Positions 1 to 9,213 of a DNA stretch of 64,000 bases are shown piece after piece. How positions within the stretch are numbered: position 1 is the first letter of the stretch; every line of letters begins with the position of its first letter. The position numbers and the translations under genes are program-made. The DNA is from Parcubacteria group bacterium (GTDB lineage Bacteria; Patescibacteriota; Microgenomatia; UBA1400; PJMF01), in assembly GCA_943350175.1 (NCBI GenBank), contig CALQZX010000003.1, positions 12,409-76,408 of the forward strand, given 5' to 3'. The notes beneath the pieces were generated by a model, which saw nothing but the letters and a program-made list of their open reading frames with translations, was not told where the DNA came from and searched no databases.

Positions 1-234
1 GCCTTTGCCAAGAGCGACATCAATGGCCTTCTGGACCTTATCCTTAGGCATATTGGCTACTCTAGCCTTGTCCAGGATCAAACGTAAAGCAGAATTACTC
101 TTGGGATCACCGGAGCCACCTTGCTTGGCGGCAACTCTAATCAAACGTGAGAGCTGACTAAAAACCTTGCTCTTGAGTGTGTCTTGAGCACCTTTGCGAT
201 TTTTAATATTATTCCATTTGCTGTGACCTGACAT
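1..234 (-). CDS. yebC: YebC/PmpR-family probable transcriptional regulator (N-terminal part; gene continues past window start)
   Basis: Reverse-strand translation from ATG at 234-232 gives [78 protein letters not shown], the hallmark N-terminus of the YebC/TACO1 family. Confidence 0.8.
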   Translation of the reverse strand, partial: MSGHSKWNNIKNRKGAQDTLKSKVFSQLSRLIRVAAKQGGSGDPKSNSALRLILDKARVANMPKDKVQKAIDVALGKG

Positions 235-268
235 ATTAGCCTTTCTATGTGAGGTCTATTATAAACCA

Positions 269-297
269 TTGACATTTGCAGGTGGTACTTGTAACAT
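269..297 (+). promoter_or_regulatory. sigma70-like promoter for the TPR gene (TTGACA, 17-nt spacer, TAACAT)
   Basis: TTGACA at 269-274, TAACAT at 292-297, followed by AGGAAGG RBS and ATG at 326. Confidence 0.4.
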
Positions 298-325
298 CTC
301 TAAGATTTTACAGGAAGGTTAAAAA

Positions 326-1063
326 ATGCAGAATCAAGTGCTCCTTAGACAAGAAGCTATCAACGCAGCAAAAAACTCAGATTGGCCACAAGCCATTTTA
401 ATCAACCAAGAAATTATCCAATGTTACGGCAATGACCTCGAGGCGATGAATCGTCTTGGCTTGGCCTTTCTCAAAAATAAGCAAGAAAATGAAGCTAAAA
501 AAACCTTCAAAGAGGTTCTCGATTTGGATAAATCCAACATTATTGCCAATAAACACTTAGAGAAAATCAAAAACAACGAAACAACCGCTGACATCATTTT
601 TGATAAAGATAACGATTTCATCGAAGAACCAGGCAAAAGCAAGATTGTTACCCTGCACCGCTTAACTGGCAAAGATCAGCTTAAAAAATTAAAAGTTGGC
701 CAAGCTTGTTTTCTACAATTAAAAAACAGATACATCAGCCTTATGGATGAGGCCAACAAACACATTGGTGCTTTGCCAGAAGATATTTCTTTCCGTCTGA
801 GCAAACTTATTGCCAACGGCAACGAATACCGCTGCGTCATCTACAAAGTTAACGACAAACAATGTTTGGTGCAAATCAAAGAAACTCTGCGCTCCAAAAA
901 GAACGAGCAAGTTGTTTCCTTCCCAAGTAAAGTTCAAAATAGTCTTGTTTTACCAGATGATTTCATCCTTGAAGAGGATATTCCATTTGAAGTTCTTGGC
1001 GAAGAAGAGGAAGAAGAAGATCTAGACTTGGCCATGGAAAAAATTAACAAAAAAGACGTATAG
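326..1063 (+). CDS. TPR-repeat protein with acidic C-terminal tail
   Basis: 245-aa ORF with good RBS; TPR-like helical repeats (LEAMNRLGLAFLKNKQENEAKKTFKEVLDLD); poly-Glu C-terminus. Confidence 0.6.
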   Translation: MQNQVLLRQEAINAAKNSDWPQAILINQEIIQCYGNDLEAMNRLGLAFLKNKQENEAKKTFKEVLDLDKSNIIANKHLEKIKNNETTADIIFDKDNDFIEEPGKSKIVTLHRLTGKDQLKKLKVGQACFLQLKNRYISLMDEANKHIGALPEDISFRLSKLIANGNEYRCVIYKVNDKQCLVQIKETLRSKKNEQVVSFPSKVQNSLVLPDDFILEEDIPFEVLGEEEEEEDLDLAMEKINKKDV

Positions 1064-1888
1064 ATCAGATAAATCTTTTCCTATATAAATCACCAAAGCC
1101 GCTCTGTGCTTCTGAGTTTCCTGTTTATCGACGGCCACCATGCTTTCAGGCAAGATTTTGCCCAATTTACTCAGCAGTTTGCCACAGGATTTTTCGTCAC
1201 TATCGTAGAATATTTTAGTTTGAGCTAAATCATCTGCATTATTGTCTTTTTTAATGATCGAAAAAGCACTTTTTTCCAAGATATTAGCCAAGGAACTAGC
1301 CAGACCAGATTCTCCAGTGGTATTGATCAGGGCGACAGGACAATTAAACATCGGCTCCATTAGCTGAGATTTCTCTTGGTCAATTCTCTGCTCTTTCCAC
1401 AAAAGTTCTCTGTCTTTTAGGAAAAGATAAAAGATTTTTCGATCTTTGAAAAAATCTAGCAGACTTTCTCTACTTAAATCATTTGATGGATATTCATAAC
1501 TTTGATCAAAGGCTGTATTCAGAAGAAAAGCGTAGACTAGATTCTTTTTTAGAGAGCCAGCGAGACTGGCTTCTTTTTCTAGGCCACTAAAATCAAAATT
1601 ACTTTGACGAAGATCTGTCACAACCATCTGGTTATTATTTACATTAAAAAAAAGAATGGCGACTGGTTTTTGATTATTAATCAGCAGAACGCGTTCGTTT
1701 TCTTTCAATCTGTAAAGATTGCTTAATTCAATTTTGATTGCTAGGAAGGACAAAAACAGTACTAATAAAACCAAAATTACCGAAAAAATTAGCTTATGAT
1801 TGAGCTTCTTGGAATTTTTGAGAAGTTTGACTTTGCTCGGCTTGGTTTTTTTATTTGAATAATCACGCAGCATAACTCTTCTTACCAT
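1022..1888 (-). CDS. membrane-anchored LytR_C (LytR cell-envelope-related attenuator C-terminal) domain protein
   Basis: N-terminal TM helix (IFSVILVLLVLFLSFLAI) and C-terminal LINTTGESGLASSLANILEKSAFSII...KIFYD pattern typical of the LytR_C domain. Start placed at ATG 1888, downstream of the tsf terminator; the ORF-track start is a TTG at 1915 inside that hairpin. Confidence 0.5.
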   Translation of the reverse strand: MVRRVMLRDYSNKKTKPSKVKLLKNSKKLNHKLIFSVILVLLVLFLSFLAIKIELSNLYRLKENERVLLINNQKPVAILFFNVNNNQMVVTDLRQSNFDFSGLEKEASLAGSLKKNLVYAFLLNTAFDQSYEYPSNDLSRESLLDFFKDRKIFYLFLKDRELLWKEQRIDQEKSQLMEPMFNCPVALINTTGESGLASSLANILEKSAFSIIKKDNNADDLAQTKIFYDSDEKSCGKLLSKLGKILPESMVAVDKQETQKHRAALVIYIGKDLSDLYVFFVNFFHGQV

Positions 1889-1893
1889 GCTAC

Positions 1894-1927
1894 AAAAAAG
1901 CCCGCTCTGTAACAAGCGGGCTTTTAT
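1894..1927. terminator. bidirectional intrinsic terminator (A-run, GCCCGCT/AGCGGGC stem, T-run)
   Basis: aaaaaaGCCCGCTctgtaacaAGCGGGCtttt: 7-bp GC stem with 8-nt loop, A-tract upstream and T-tract downstream; sits immediately after the tsf stop on the minus strand. Confidence 0.6.
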
Positions 1928-1944
1928 TATTTCTCGAAAGATTT

Positions 1945-2403
1945 TTAAGAACCAATAGCAAAACGCTCGAATCTGTTCAAAATCATTTTCTCACCGATTT
2001 TACCGCTGAGAGATTTGATGACTAATTCAACAGTTTTCTCTGGATCTTTGATGGCATCTTGTTGAAGCAATTCCTCAACATTCTCTGCACCCATAGCTGC
2101 GACTTGCATAGCAATGTCACGAGTCATTTGACGAAAATCTTCGTTTTGGGCCACAAAGTCAGTTTCGCAAAGCATTTCAACCATAGAAGCAACCATGCCA
2201 GTATTGTGAGTATAAGTGGCTATGTAGCCTACTTTTGTCTCACGATCTTGGTTCTTCTCTGCTCTAGCCAAACCTTTGGCTTCGACAATGGCGACAGCTT
2301 TATCTAAATCACCTTCAGCTTCTTGCAAAGCTTTTTGACAATCCAAAATTCTGGCACCAGTAATTTCTCTTAGTTTTTTGATTTCATCCATTGAAATGGC
2401 CAT
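1945..2403 (-). CDS. tsf: elongation factor Ts (short form)
   Basis: N-terminal UBA-like motif ISMDEIKKLREITGARILDCQKAL; directly downstream of rpsB as in the conserved rpsB-tsf operon. Confidence 0.85.
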   Translation of the reverse strand: MAISMDEIKKLREITGARILDCQKALQEAEGDLDKAVAIVEAKGLARAEKNQDRETKVGYIATYTHNTGMVASMVEMLCETDFVAQNEDFRQMTRDIAMQVAAMGAENVEELLQQDAIKDPEKTVELVIKSLSGKIGEKMILNRFERFAIGS

Positions 2404-2406
2404 ATT

Positions 2407-3357
2407 CTACTTTCTGTCAGCACGACCGGCTTTGTAGGCAGCGGTGATTTGATCAACAAAAAATTTAATACTTTTGACAGCATCATCATTACCTGGGATA
2501 ACGAATTGAAGTGGTCTTGGATCACTGTCGGTATCGATCAAAGCGATGACTGGAACGCTGACGTTATTTGCCTCGTCGACGACGATATGTTCTTTTTTAG
2601 GATCAATGACAAAGATACAGTCTGGCTTGGCTTTCAAACCTTTAAGACCTCCGAAGAAGCGTTCGAGTTTGATTTGTTCTTTATCCAATTGAACACGTTC
2701 GTATTTGGTGTAGCCGTTATATTTACCATTGTTTAAACCTTCACGGATTTCTTCCATACGTTTGATGGATTTACTAACTTGAGACCAGTTGGTCAACATA
2801 CCACCCATCCAACGAGCGTTGATGTAGAAGCAAGAAGCGTCAGTGGCAGCCTCTTTAATCACTTCACGTGCTTGTTTCTTAGTACCGACCAAGACTAGGG
2901 TTTTGCCCTCTTTGGCGAGGTTGTAGACGTAAGAATAAGCCTCTTCTAATAGCTCAGCGACCTTTGGCAAATCAAAAAGATGAATGCCGTCTTTTTCACT
3001 GTAAATGTATTCAGCCATTTTTGGATGCCATTTACTAGCCTTGTGACCAAGATGACAGCCTGCTTCCAACATTTCTTGGAGACTAAATTCTGGGTTTTTG
3101 CTGGCGACTGCTTTGACTTCGGCTTTAGCTTCTGCTTTTGGAGCTTCAACTTTAGCGGCTTCAACTACTGGAGCAACAGGAGCGGTCTCGACTTTTGCAG
3201 TATCGACAACTTCAGCTACTTTAGCGACAGCTTCTTTTTTAGCAGCTGGCTTTTTAGCAGCGGCTTTTTTAGGAGCAACAGCTTTGACTTCGGTTTTTTC
3301 AACCTTAGCAACTTTTTTAACTGGAACTTTTTTGGCGGTCTTTTTGACTTCTGCCAT
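2407..3357 (-). CDS. rpsB: 30S ribosomal protein S2 with ~95-aa Ala/Lys/Val/Glu-rich N-terminal extension
   Basis: Core matches S2 (LEAGCHLGHKASKWHPKMAEYIY...TNWSQV...VIDPKKEHIVVDEANNVSVPVIALIDTDSDP); AAAGGA RBS 8 nt upstream of ATG at 3357. Confidence 0.9.
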   Translation of the reverse strand: MAEVKKTAKKVPVKKVAKVEKTEVKAVAPKKAAAKKPAAKKEAVAKVAEVVDTAKVETAPVAPVVEAAKVEAPKAEAKAEVKAVASKNPEFSLQEMLEAGCHLGHKASKWHPKMAEYIYSEKDGIHLFDLPKVAELLEEAYSYVYNLAKEGKTLVLVGTKKQAREVIKEAATDASCFYINARWMGGMLTNWSQVSKSIKRMEEIREGLNNGKYNGYTKYERVQLDKEQIKLERFFGGLKGLKAKPDCIFVIDPKKEHIVVDEANNVSVPVIALIDTDSDPRPLQFVIPGNDDAVKSIKFFVDQITAAYKAGRADRK

Positions 3358-3473
3358 ATATTTGTCCTTTGTTTATTTCCGCTTGTTGATTTCAAGCGAA
3401 ATCAAGGCGAAAAATGGTGTTTAGAGCTAGATAAGGACCAGGCTCTAAGGCACACGAATTTATAATAGAGGGA

Positions 3474-4472
3474 TTATAGCACAGGCTTGAGTAAATCCAA
3501 AGCGTTGGCCATGAGAGAAATCACCGTCATTGGTCCCACGCCGTTTGGTACTGGCGTAATGAAATCGGCTTTATTTAGACAACTTTGCAAATCAATATCT
3601 CCCTGTGGTTCACCAACATCAATGAGGATGCTGTGGGGAGCGATTAGCTCGCCACGCAGGAGATTTTTCTGGCCGGTGGCACTGATGATAACGCGAAAAT
3701 CTGATAAGGACTTTCTTTGTTCAATAATATCTTCTAAGCCCTGTTTACCAACCAATTTAACTTCGCATTTTTTATCATTTTCTTGTGCCTTAGCCACCGA
3801 AACTTGGCAAGCTTCACCAAAGGCTTGAGGGACTGTGGCACCATGCTGCATTAGGTTTTTGATGTGCCAATAAAGTGGCTTGCCAAGCAAATCTGACTGG
3901 CCGATGATAAGAACATTTTCTGTCAGATACGAAAAATCTGGATCGATATTGGCGCGATAATCTTTGAGAATTGAAAGCACTGCTCTAGCTGTGGCTGGCA
4001 AAACCATACCATCTTGCATCCAGGTTCCATTTTTAATCGCCGTCAAAGTGGCTGGTGCTAGACCATCCACATCTTTATTAACGCCGTGGCTTTGTTTGGT
4101 GGCGATGTGCGAAACGAGACCCGACCACCACTTGGAAAAGTCGCCATTTGGGACTGCCTCCAACCATTTCTTGGTCCAAGGCTTTTGAATGATGATGCCG
4201 GTGACGCTCGAATCAGAGTTAAGCGAATCAATGTACTCTTGAATCTCTTCTACTGGATCAGCAAAAGAAAAGGCTTTGGCTTGATAAGCAATGCCAAGGT
4301 TCTCTGCAGTTTGTTTTTTTAGTGAGGTATAAAGAGCCGAAGCCGCATCTTCTTTAAAAAAGATGGCTGCCACCTTGGGATAAATTCCCTTGGCATGATA
4401 AACAGCCACCTTTGTTTTTAATTTAAGGGCCTTCTGCTTGGCTAGTTGTTCTCCATTGAAAATCAAGGTCAT
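3474..4472 (-). CDS. folD: bifunctional methylenetetrahydrofolate dehydrogenase/methenyl-THF cyclohydrolase
   Basis: 332-aa protein with FolD C-terminal signature ITPVPNGVGPMTVISLMANAL and Rossmann-like core. Confidence 0.8.
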   Translation of the reverse strand: MTLIFNGEQLAKQKALKLKTKVAVYHAKGIYPKVAAIFFKEDAASALYTSLKKQTAENLGIAYQAKAFSFADPVEEIQEYIDSLNSDSSVTGIIIQKPWTKKWLEAVPNGDFSKWWSGLVSHIATKQSHGVNKDVDGLAPATLTAIKNGTWMQDGMVLPATARAVLSILKDYRANIDPDFSYLTENVLIIGQSDLLGKPLYWHIKNLMQHGATVPQAFGEACQVSVAKAQENDKKCEVKLVGKQGLEDIIEQRKSLSDFRVIISATGQKNLLRGELIAPHSILIDVGEPQGDIDLQSCLNKADFITPVPNGVGPMTVISLMANALDLLKPVL

Positions 4473-4481
4473 ATCAATATT

Positions 4482-5816
4482 CTACCAGGTGAACAGTGGG
4501 AACTTGCTGGCGACTTCTTTTACTTCAGCTCTAATTTTCAAAAGCACTTCATCTTTGACAATTCTCTTTTTAAATTCCTTCAAAAAGAGGCGGCGGGCGG
4601 TTTTTTCAGCTGGTAATTGTTCGCCTTTTATATGGTCAACTACCCTGGCAATCCATTGAGCAATTTTTGTCATCTCTGCCTCTTTCATACCTCTGGTAGT
4701 GACCAGTGGTGTGCCGATACGAATGCCTGATGGATAGAAAGGTGAGCATGGCTCATTTGGGATAGTATTGCGATTGGCGTAAATTCCAGCCACGTCCATT
4801 GCAAAAGCCACTTGGGTGCCAAAACCATCACCAAAAGTGGTCAAATCGATCAAGATTAAGTGGTTTTCTGTGCCATCACCTACTAATTTGAGACCTTCTT
4901 GTTGCAAAGCAGCTGCTAAGGCATCAGCATTCTTACGGATCTGTTTGCCATAGGCTTTAAACTCAGGTTTCATGGCTTCACCAGCAGCAATGGCAATCGC
5001 TGCAGTGGTTTCATTATGAGGACCACCCTGCAAAGCTGGAAAGACGGCTTTATCAATTTTATCTGCCAAATCTGCATCTTTTTCTAAACCACGCTGTGTA
5101 ACCAGAATCATTGCTCCACGAGGACCGCGAAATGTTTTATGAGTGGTTGACATCACCACGTGCGCATATGGCACCGGGCTTGGATGCTCGCCTGCTACGA
5201 CTAGGCCAGTGATGTGAGAAATATCTGCCAGAAGATAAGCACCTACTTCATCTGCAATTTCCGCAAATTTTTTGAAGTCCAGAGTAAAAGGATAAGCAGT
5301 GGTGCCAGCCACAATTAATTTTGGCTTATGCTTGAGAGCCAGCTGACGTACTTCTTCATAGTCGATGCGAGCGTTTTTATCCAAGCCATATTGAACTGGA
5401 TTGAAATATCGTCCAGAGAAAGTCACCTTTGGATGACCGTGAGTTAGATGTCCGCCGCTAGAAAGAGCCAAACCCATCATGGTGTCCCCTTCTTCTAGCA
5501 AAGCAAACTCAACCGCTGAATTAGCTGGTGAACCAGAATAAGGTTGAACGTTGACGTACGGCACGTCAAATAATTTTTTGAGACGCTCTTGAGCTTCAAT
5601 TTCAATCTCATCGATCATCTGATTGCCTTCGTAATAGCGACGCTTAGGATAGCCTTCGGCATATTTGCTGGACAAGCAAGAAGATAAGACACTGCGCACA
5701 TCATCTGAACTTTGGTTTTCTGAAGGGATCAAGCCAATCATTTCTTTTTGGCGCTGCTCTTCTTTTTGGATGAGATTGAAGATGAGGTCTTTGTTTTTGT
5801 TGGTGTTTTTTTTCAT
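4482..5816 (-). CDS. glyA: serine hydroxymethyltransferase
   Basis: PLP-lysine motif STTHKTFRGPRGAMIL and HLTHGH; 444 aa. Confidence 0.9.
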   Translation of the reverse strand: MKKNTNKNKDLIFNLIQKEEQRQKEMIGLIPSENQSSDDVRSVLSSCLSSKYAEGYPKRRYYEGNQMIDEIEIEAQERLKKLFDVPYVNVQPYSGSPANSAVEFALLEEGDTMMGLALSSGGHLTHGHPKVTFSGRYFNPVQYGLDKNARIDYEEVRQLALKHKPKLIVAGTTAYPFTLDFKKFAEIADEVGAYLLADISHITGLVVAGEHPSPVPYAHVVMSTTHKTFRGPRGAMILVTQRGLEKDADLADKIDKAVFPALQGGPHNETTAAIAIAAGEAMKPEFKAYGKQIRKNADALAAALQQEGLKLVGDGTENHLILIDLTTFGDGFGTQVAFAMDVAGIYANRNTIPNEPCSPFYPSGIRIGTPLVTTRGMKEAEMTKIAQWIARVVDHIKGEQLPAEKTARRLFLKEFKKRIVKDEVLLKIRAEVKEVASKFPLFTW

Positions 5817-5846
5817 TTTATTTTTCCTTTATAGTTTGATTGTAAC

Positions 5847-6467
5847 TTATTTTGATTTTTTCAGCCAATTAACAGCTAAATATGTAAATGGCGTTTCCAC
5901 CATCGAGAACAAACATTTAAGCCCCCAGTATGGCAAGACTAAAGACCAAACAAATCCGGTATTACTACCGCTCCAAAAAGCCAAAAACATAAAAATACTG
6001 GTGTCAAAAAACAAACTAACTATATTTGAGGCATTACTGCGTAACCATAAACCGCTGTCTTTGAAACGCGATCTAATTTTGGCGAAAATAAGGATGTCCA
6101 TGCGTTCCGCCAAGAAAAAAGCAACCAAACTAGCCAAAGTCATGCGTAGTGATTTGCCAAAAATAGTCTGGTAAGCTGGCTCAAAGCTAGCTGAGCGAGC
6201 GCTTGGTGGCAAACTAATGGCTAACACATTAAATAAAGCCAATAAAACTAAAATTATAAAAGTACTGCGCATGAAGCTAAGCGATCTGGCTTTGCCTTCT
6301 ACCTCAGTCACCACGTCATTAATGATGAAAGTAATTGGCAGGGTAAAAATTGCCACTGAGGCATTGAGAAATAAAATTGGAAAAGTTTTGGCTCCCATTA
6401 ATTCTGCTGCGACGATGGAAGTAATGTAAATTGCTAATAAAAGGTCGAGTTTGTTGATTCTGGTCAT
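5847..6467 (-). CDS. yhhQ: queuosine-precursor transporter (YhhQ/DUF165, VUT family) membrane protein
   Basis: 206-aa polytopic membrane protein; length and hydropathy pattern match the DUF165/YhhQ family; a tgt gene is also present in the window. Confidence 0.5.
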   Translation of the reverse strand: MTRINKLDLLLAIYITSIVAAELMGAKTFPILFLNASVAIFTLPITFIINDVVTEVEGKARSLSFMRSTFIILVLLALFNVLAISLPPSARSASFEPAYQTIFGKSLRMTLASLVAFFLAERMDILIFAKIRSRFKDSGLWLRSNASNIVSLFFDTSIFMFLAFWSGSNTGFVWSLVLPYWGLKCLFSMVETPFTYLAVNWLKKSK

Positions 6468-6638
6468 TGGATTCTTTCTTAAAAAAATTAATAAAAACGA
6501 AAAGCGCTAAAATAAGCGCAAAAAAATGGAAAACAAAACTCTTAGAGAGTGGCGTAGGAGAGCTGGAAGTGGAATGCAGCTTTAAACATGGTTTGAATTG
6601 TAGAGGATGAAACTGGAGATAGCAATAAGTATCCCAAT

Positions 6639-7538
6639 TTAAGCCACATAAACTGGAGCGTTAGAATTAATGGAGTGCAAAATTGCTTGCAATTCCTCCT
6701 GCTTAGGAGATTGTCTAAACTGCGCGAAACTATAGCCCTTATCTGCTAGTTCTCTTGGCACCTTAGATGTTGTTCTTATTTTGTTGCTGGCGCAAAGCAT
6801 TTCAAAAACCTCTAGATGAGTATTTGATTTCAAAATCATTCCGCTAGCTAAGGCACCTCTTAGATAAAGTTCTAAGAGCTCAGAATCTATTGGGTCTGCA
6901 ATTACCTCAACAAAATCAGTAAAGTTATGGCTGCTGCCATTTATCGTCGCTGTCGAAATTTCCCAAACTACTCTTATTTTGCCAGTTTTTGGCCGGACAT
7001 AAGTTCTATACAAACTTTCTCTCAAAGCCATATATTCTATTTCTTTCAACTTAGCGTGCTTGCGCTCTAATTTGTGATGTTGCTCCAATTCGCCAGTCTC
7101 TTGACTAGCAATAAATGAATTAATATCGCCACCGACAAATATAATTCCCTTAAGCAATTCTTGAATCAACTGATCGTTCAAATTGGCTTGCAAAGCAATA
7201 TTGAGCTCTTTTAATAAAAACATTAATTCTGGAAATTTGTCAGTTAAATATTTATCTTTGGCAAATTTAGCCTTGTAGGTTGCTGCATCAATTGCCCTTT
7301 CTAGAGCTGGCTCATCTTGAGTTGAAGGCAATTGTAAAACTCGACCATTGTCAAAGTGGACTGCTGGATCAATTAAAGCAACCACAATATCCATAGCTGC
7401 TTTGGCTTTATCATATTTACCAGTATTAATAATCAATTGCGAAACTTGCGCAAAAGCTTCCCTAAGCCCTTCTTTCCTCTGGTCTCTTGCCCATTGTTCT
7501 GCTTCAATCGTATCGGATCTAAAAATCTCAACCGACAT
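6639..7538 (-). CDS. hypothetical protein (299 aa)
   Basis: Long ORF with no motif I recognise; overlaps the downstream PRTase gene by 11 nt, so probably co-transcribed. Confidence 0.5.
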   Translation of the reverse strand: MSVEIFRSDTIEAEQWARDQRKEGLREAFAQVSQLIINTGKYDKAKAAMDIVVALIDPAVHFDNGRVLQLPSTQDEPALERAIDAATYKAKFAKDKYLTDKFPELMFLLKELNIALQANLNDQLIQELLKGIIFVGGDINSFIASQETGELEQHHKLERKHAKLKEIEYMALRESLYRTYVRPKTGKIRVVWEISTATINGSSHNFTDFVEVIADPIDSELLELYLRGALASGMILKSNTHLEVFEMLCASNKIRTTSKVPRELADKGYSFAQFRQSPKQEELQAILHSINSNAPVYVA

Positions 7539-8133
7539 TTTTCAAAACCTCCATAAATCCTAATTTTTTGTAACGATTTAAAATAGTTTTTTCCTCTATC
7601 CCCTGCTCTCGCCAGTTTTTGCCTAGTAAATCAATCATTTCACGTTTCTCAAAAGGAAAAATAATCCAAGCCTCCGTACTAGTCCCATGGAAATCTGGCA
7701 TAAAAGTTGACCAAGGTTTGATGAGTAAAGTCGCTGTTTTAATAATCCCCGCCCCCTGTTGTTGCAAATAACTTTGAGCGAAACGAAGTGACTCACCACT
7801 ATCTGCCACATCGTCAAAAATTAAGATATTTTTTCCCTTAATTTCTACTGAGTTGGGAATCTCTTGGTAAATTTCTGGTTTTTCTAAACGTTTGTTAATG
7901 CCTTTGTAAAATTTAACTCCCAAACTGGCCAACTCTTTAATACTAGAATAATCAACAAAAGAGCGGCTCATCGGCCAAGCCCCCTTGGCGAGAGCAACCA
8001 CTAAATCAAAATGAATTTCTGAGGTTTTAACCTGCCTGGCAATATCCAGTGTCAAGCTGTCGAGCTGATCCCAGCTCGGAGTAATATACTTGGCTTTGTC
8101 GCCTTGGAAACTGATTTCTTGAAAAGCAATCAT
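7528..8133 (-). CDS. gpt: purine phosphoribosyltransferase (xanthine-guanine PRTase-like)
   Basis: PRPP-binding motif ILIFDDVADSGESL and C-terminal WIIFPFE resemble E. coli Gpt (FIVIDDLVDTGGTA ... WIEQPWD). Confidence 0.65.
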   Translation of the reverse strand: MIAFQEISFQGDKAKYITPSWDQLDSLTLDIARQVKTSEIHFDLVVALAKGAWPMSRSFVDYSSIKELASLGVKFYKGINKRLEKPEIYQEIPNSVEIKGKNILIFDDVADSGESLRFAQSYLQQQGAGIIKTATLLIKPWSTFMPDFHGTSTEAWIIFPFEKREMIDLLGKNWREQGIEEKTILNRYKKLGFMEVLKNVG

Positions 8134-8364
8134 TTGTTCCTTTCACCAAGCCTTTTTGTAAGAATGGCTTTGCATCTTTCGCACCAGCTACTTTTTGCTT
8201 TGCAAAAAGATAGGGTTCGAAATAAAAAAAAGACGTCCACTTTTTCTTATTCGCTTGGTGTCCCCCTGACTTTTGATCAGGTTTGTTACTTGGGAATACG
8301 AAAAACTAAACGTCTTCGCACTCTTACTATTTTTTAACTAAAGATTATTATAACAGCGGCAATG

Positions 8365-9213
8365 TTATAGGACAAGATCCAAAACTTCTTTGAGATCGCC
8401 CGCCAAAGGGGCCTCAATGATCATTTGCTTGCCTGTGCTTGGATGGGTAAATTCAAGAGACATGGCGTGTAAAAACTGTCTTTTGCACCAAAAAGCATCT
8501 AGTTTGGTACGTTTTTTACCAGCGTAAATTTGATCACCAACCAAAGGATGCTGCATAGCTGCCATATGAACTCTGATTTGATGGGTGCGACCGGTTTTTG
8601 GTTCTAAATGTACCAAGGAGAAGCCAGCCTGATAAATCTCTTTGATTTTTTTGGCTTTGAATTTGCTTTGCTCTGCTATAACTGGAATTAGCTCATCTTT
8701 TAATTTAAAAAATTCTTTTTCAACTTTATAGTCAGTTACTGCTGGTTTGCCAGCACTATCTACAGTGAACTTCAATCTGTTGAAATTGCTGCGACTCATT
8801 GGCGCCACAATGTGTCCGCTTTTCTCAGCTAGTCTGCCATGAACTAGGGCTAGGTAGACTTTACTGGTTTGGCGTTTTTTGAACTGAGCTAATAAATTCA
8901 GAAGGGCTCCTGGGTTTTTGGCCAAAAGCAAAACTCCACTCGTATCTCTATCTAGACGGTGAACAATGCCAAGTCGCTCTCGCCAAATCTCTAGTGGCTC
9001 GCCAAATTCAGTCACAAAGTCATCTGGAATCATTGCAGTGTATGCAGGATTTTTCTGCCAAAATTCATCAGTAAAATATTCCTCGCCAAACTTTTCCACA
9101 AACCAATCTTGAATCGTCGGGTCTTTGACCGTGCTGGCTCGATTAACAACCAAGCTACTCGGCTTATTAATAACCAAAATATCTTGATCTTCGTATAATA
9201 TTTCTAAGTTCAT
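8365..9213 (-). CDS. rluD: RluA-family 23S rRNA pseudouridine synthase (RluD-like)
   Basis: Catalytic motif HRLDRDTSGVLLLAKN; 282 aa. Confidence 0.85.
   Translation of the reverse strand: MNLEILYEDQDILVINKPSSLVVNRASTVKDPTIQDWFVEKFGEEYFTDEFWQKNPAYTAMIPDDFVTEFGEPLEIWRERLGIVHRLDRDTSGVLLLAKNPGALLNLLAQFKKRQTSKVYLALVHGRLAEKSGHIVAPMSRSNFNRLKFTVDSAGKPAVTDYKVEKEFFKLKDELIPVIAEQSKFKAKKIKEIYQAGFSLVHLEPKTGRTHQIRVHMAAMQHPLVGDQIYAGKKRTKLDAFWCKRQFLHAMSLEFTHPSTGKQMIIEAPLAGDLKEVLDLVL

Noticed and set aside
424-1025. ORFs 424-672(-), 719-937(-), 810-1025(+) inside the TPR gene
   Set aside because: They are nested within a longer ORF that has a promoter and RBS, and are low-complexity with no homology; treated as frame artefacts.
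1888-1915. ORF-track start (TTG, shown as M) of the LytR_C gene at 1915
   Set aside because: That start lies inside the tsf terminator hairpin (1900-1921); the ATG at 1888 just downstream is more plausible.
3075-3357. Alternative rpsB start at internal Met96 (canonical S2 length)
   Set aside because: Possible, but the upstream 95 codons are open, have protein-like basic-tail composition, and the ATG at 3357 has a well-spaced AAAGGA RBS; the long form is reported and the doubt is flagged in the findings.
2980-3465. Plus-strand ORFs 2980-3465 (161 aa) and 3098-3424 (108 aa), rich in Phe/Ser/Ala/Thr
   Set aside because: They lie entirely antisense to the Ala/Lys-rich extension of rpsB. The biased composition of that region keeps alternative frames open. 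No RBS or homology.
5665-6174. Plus-strand ORF 5665-6174 (169 aa) spanning the glyA start and the yhhQ-like gene
   Set aside because: It overlaps two well-supported minus-strand genes and the intergenic gap between them; the product is compositionally odd.
7528-8133. PRTase plus overlapping unknown gene as a defence (retron/PRTase-effector-like) pair
   Set aside because: The PRTase has the full length and C-terminal WIIFPFE signature of housekeeping xanthine-guanine PRTases and no fused effector or winged-helix domain; there is no reverse transcriptase or ncRNA nearby.
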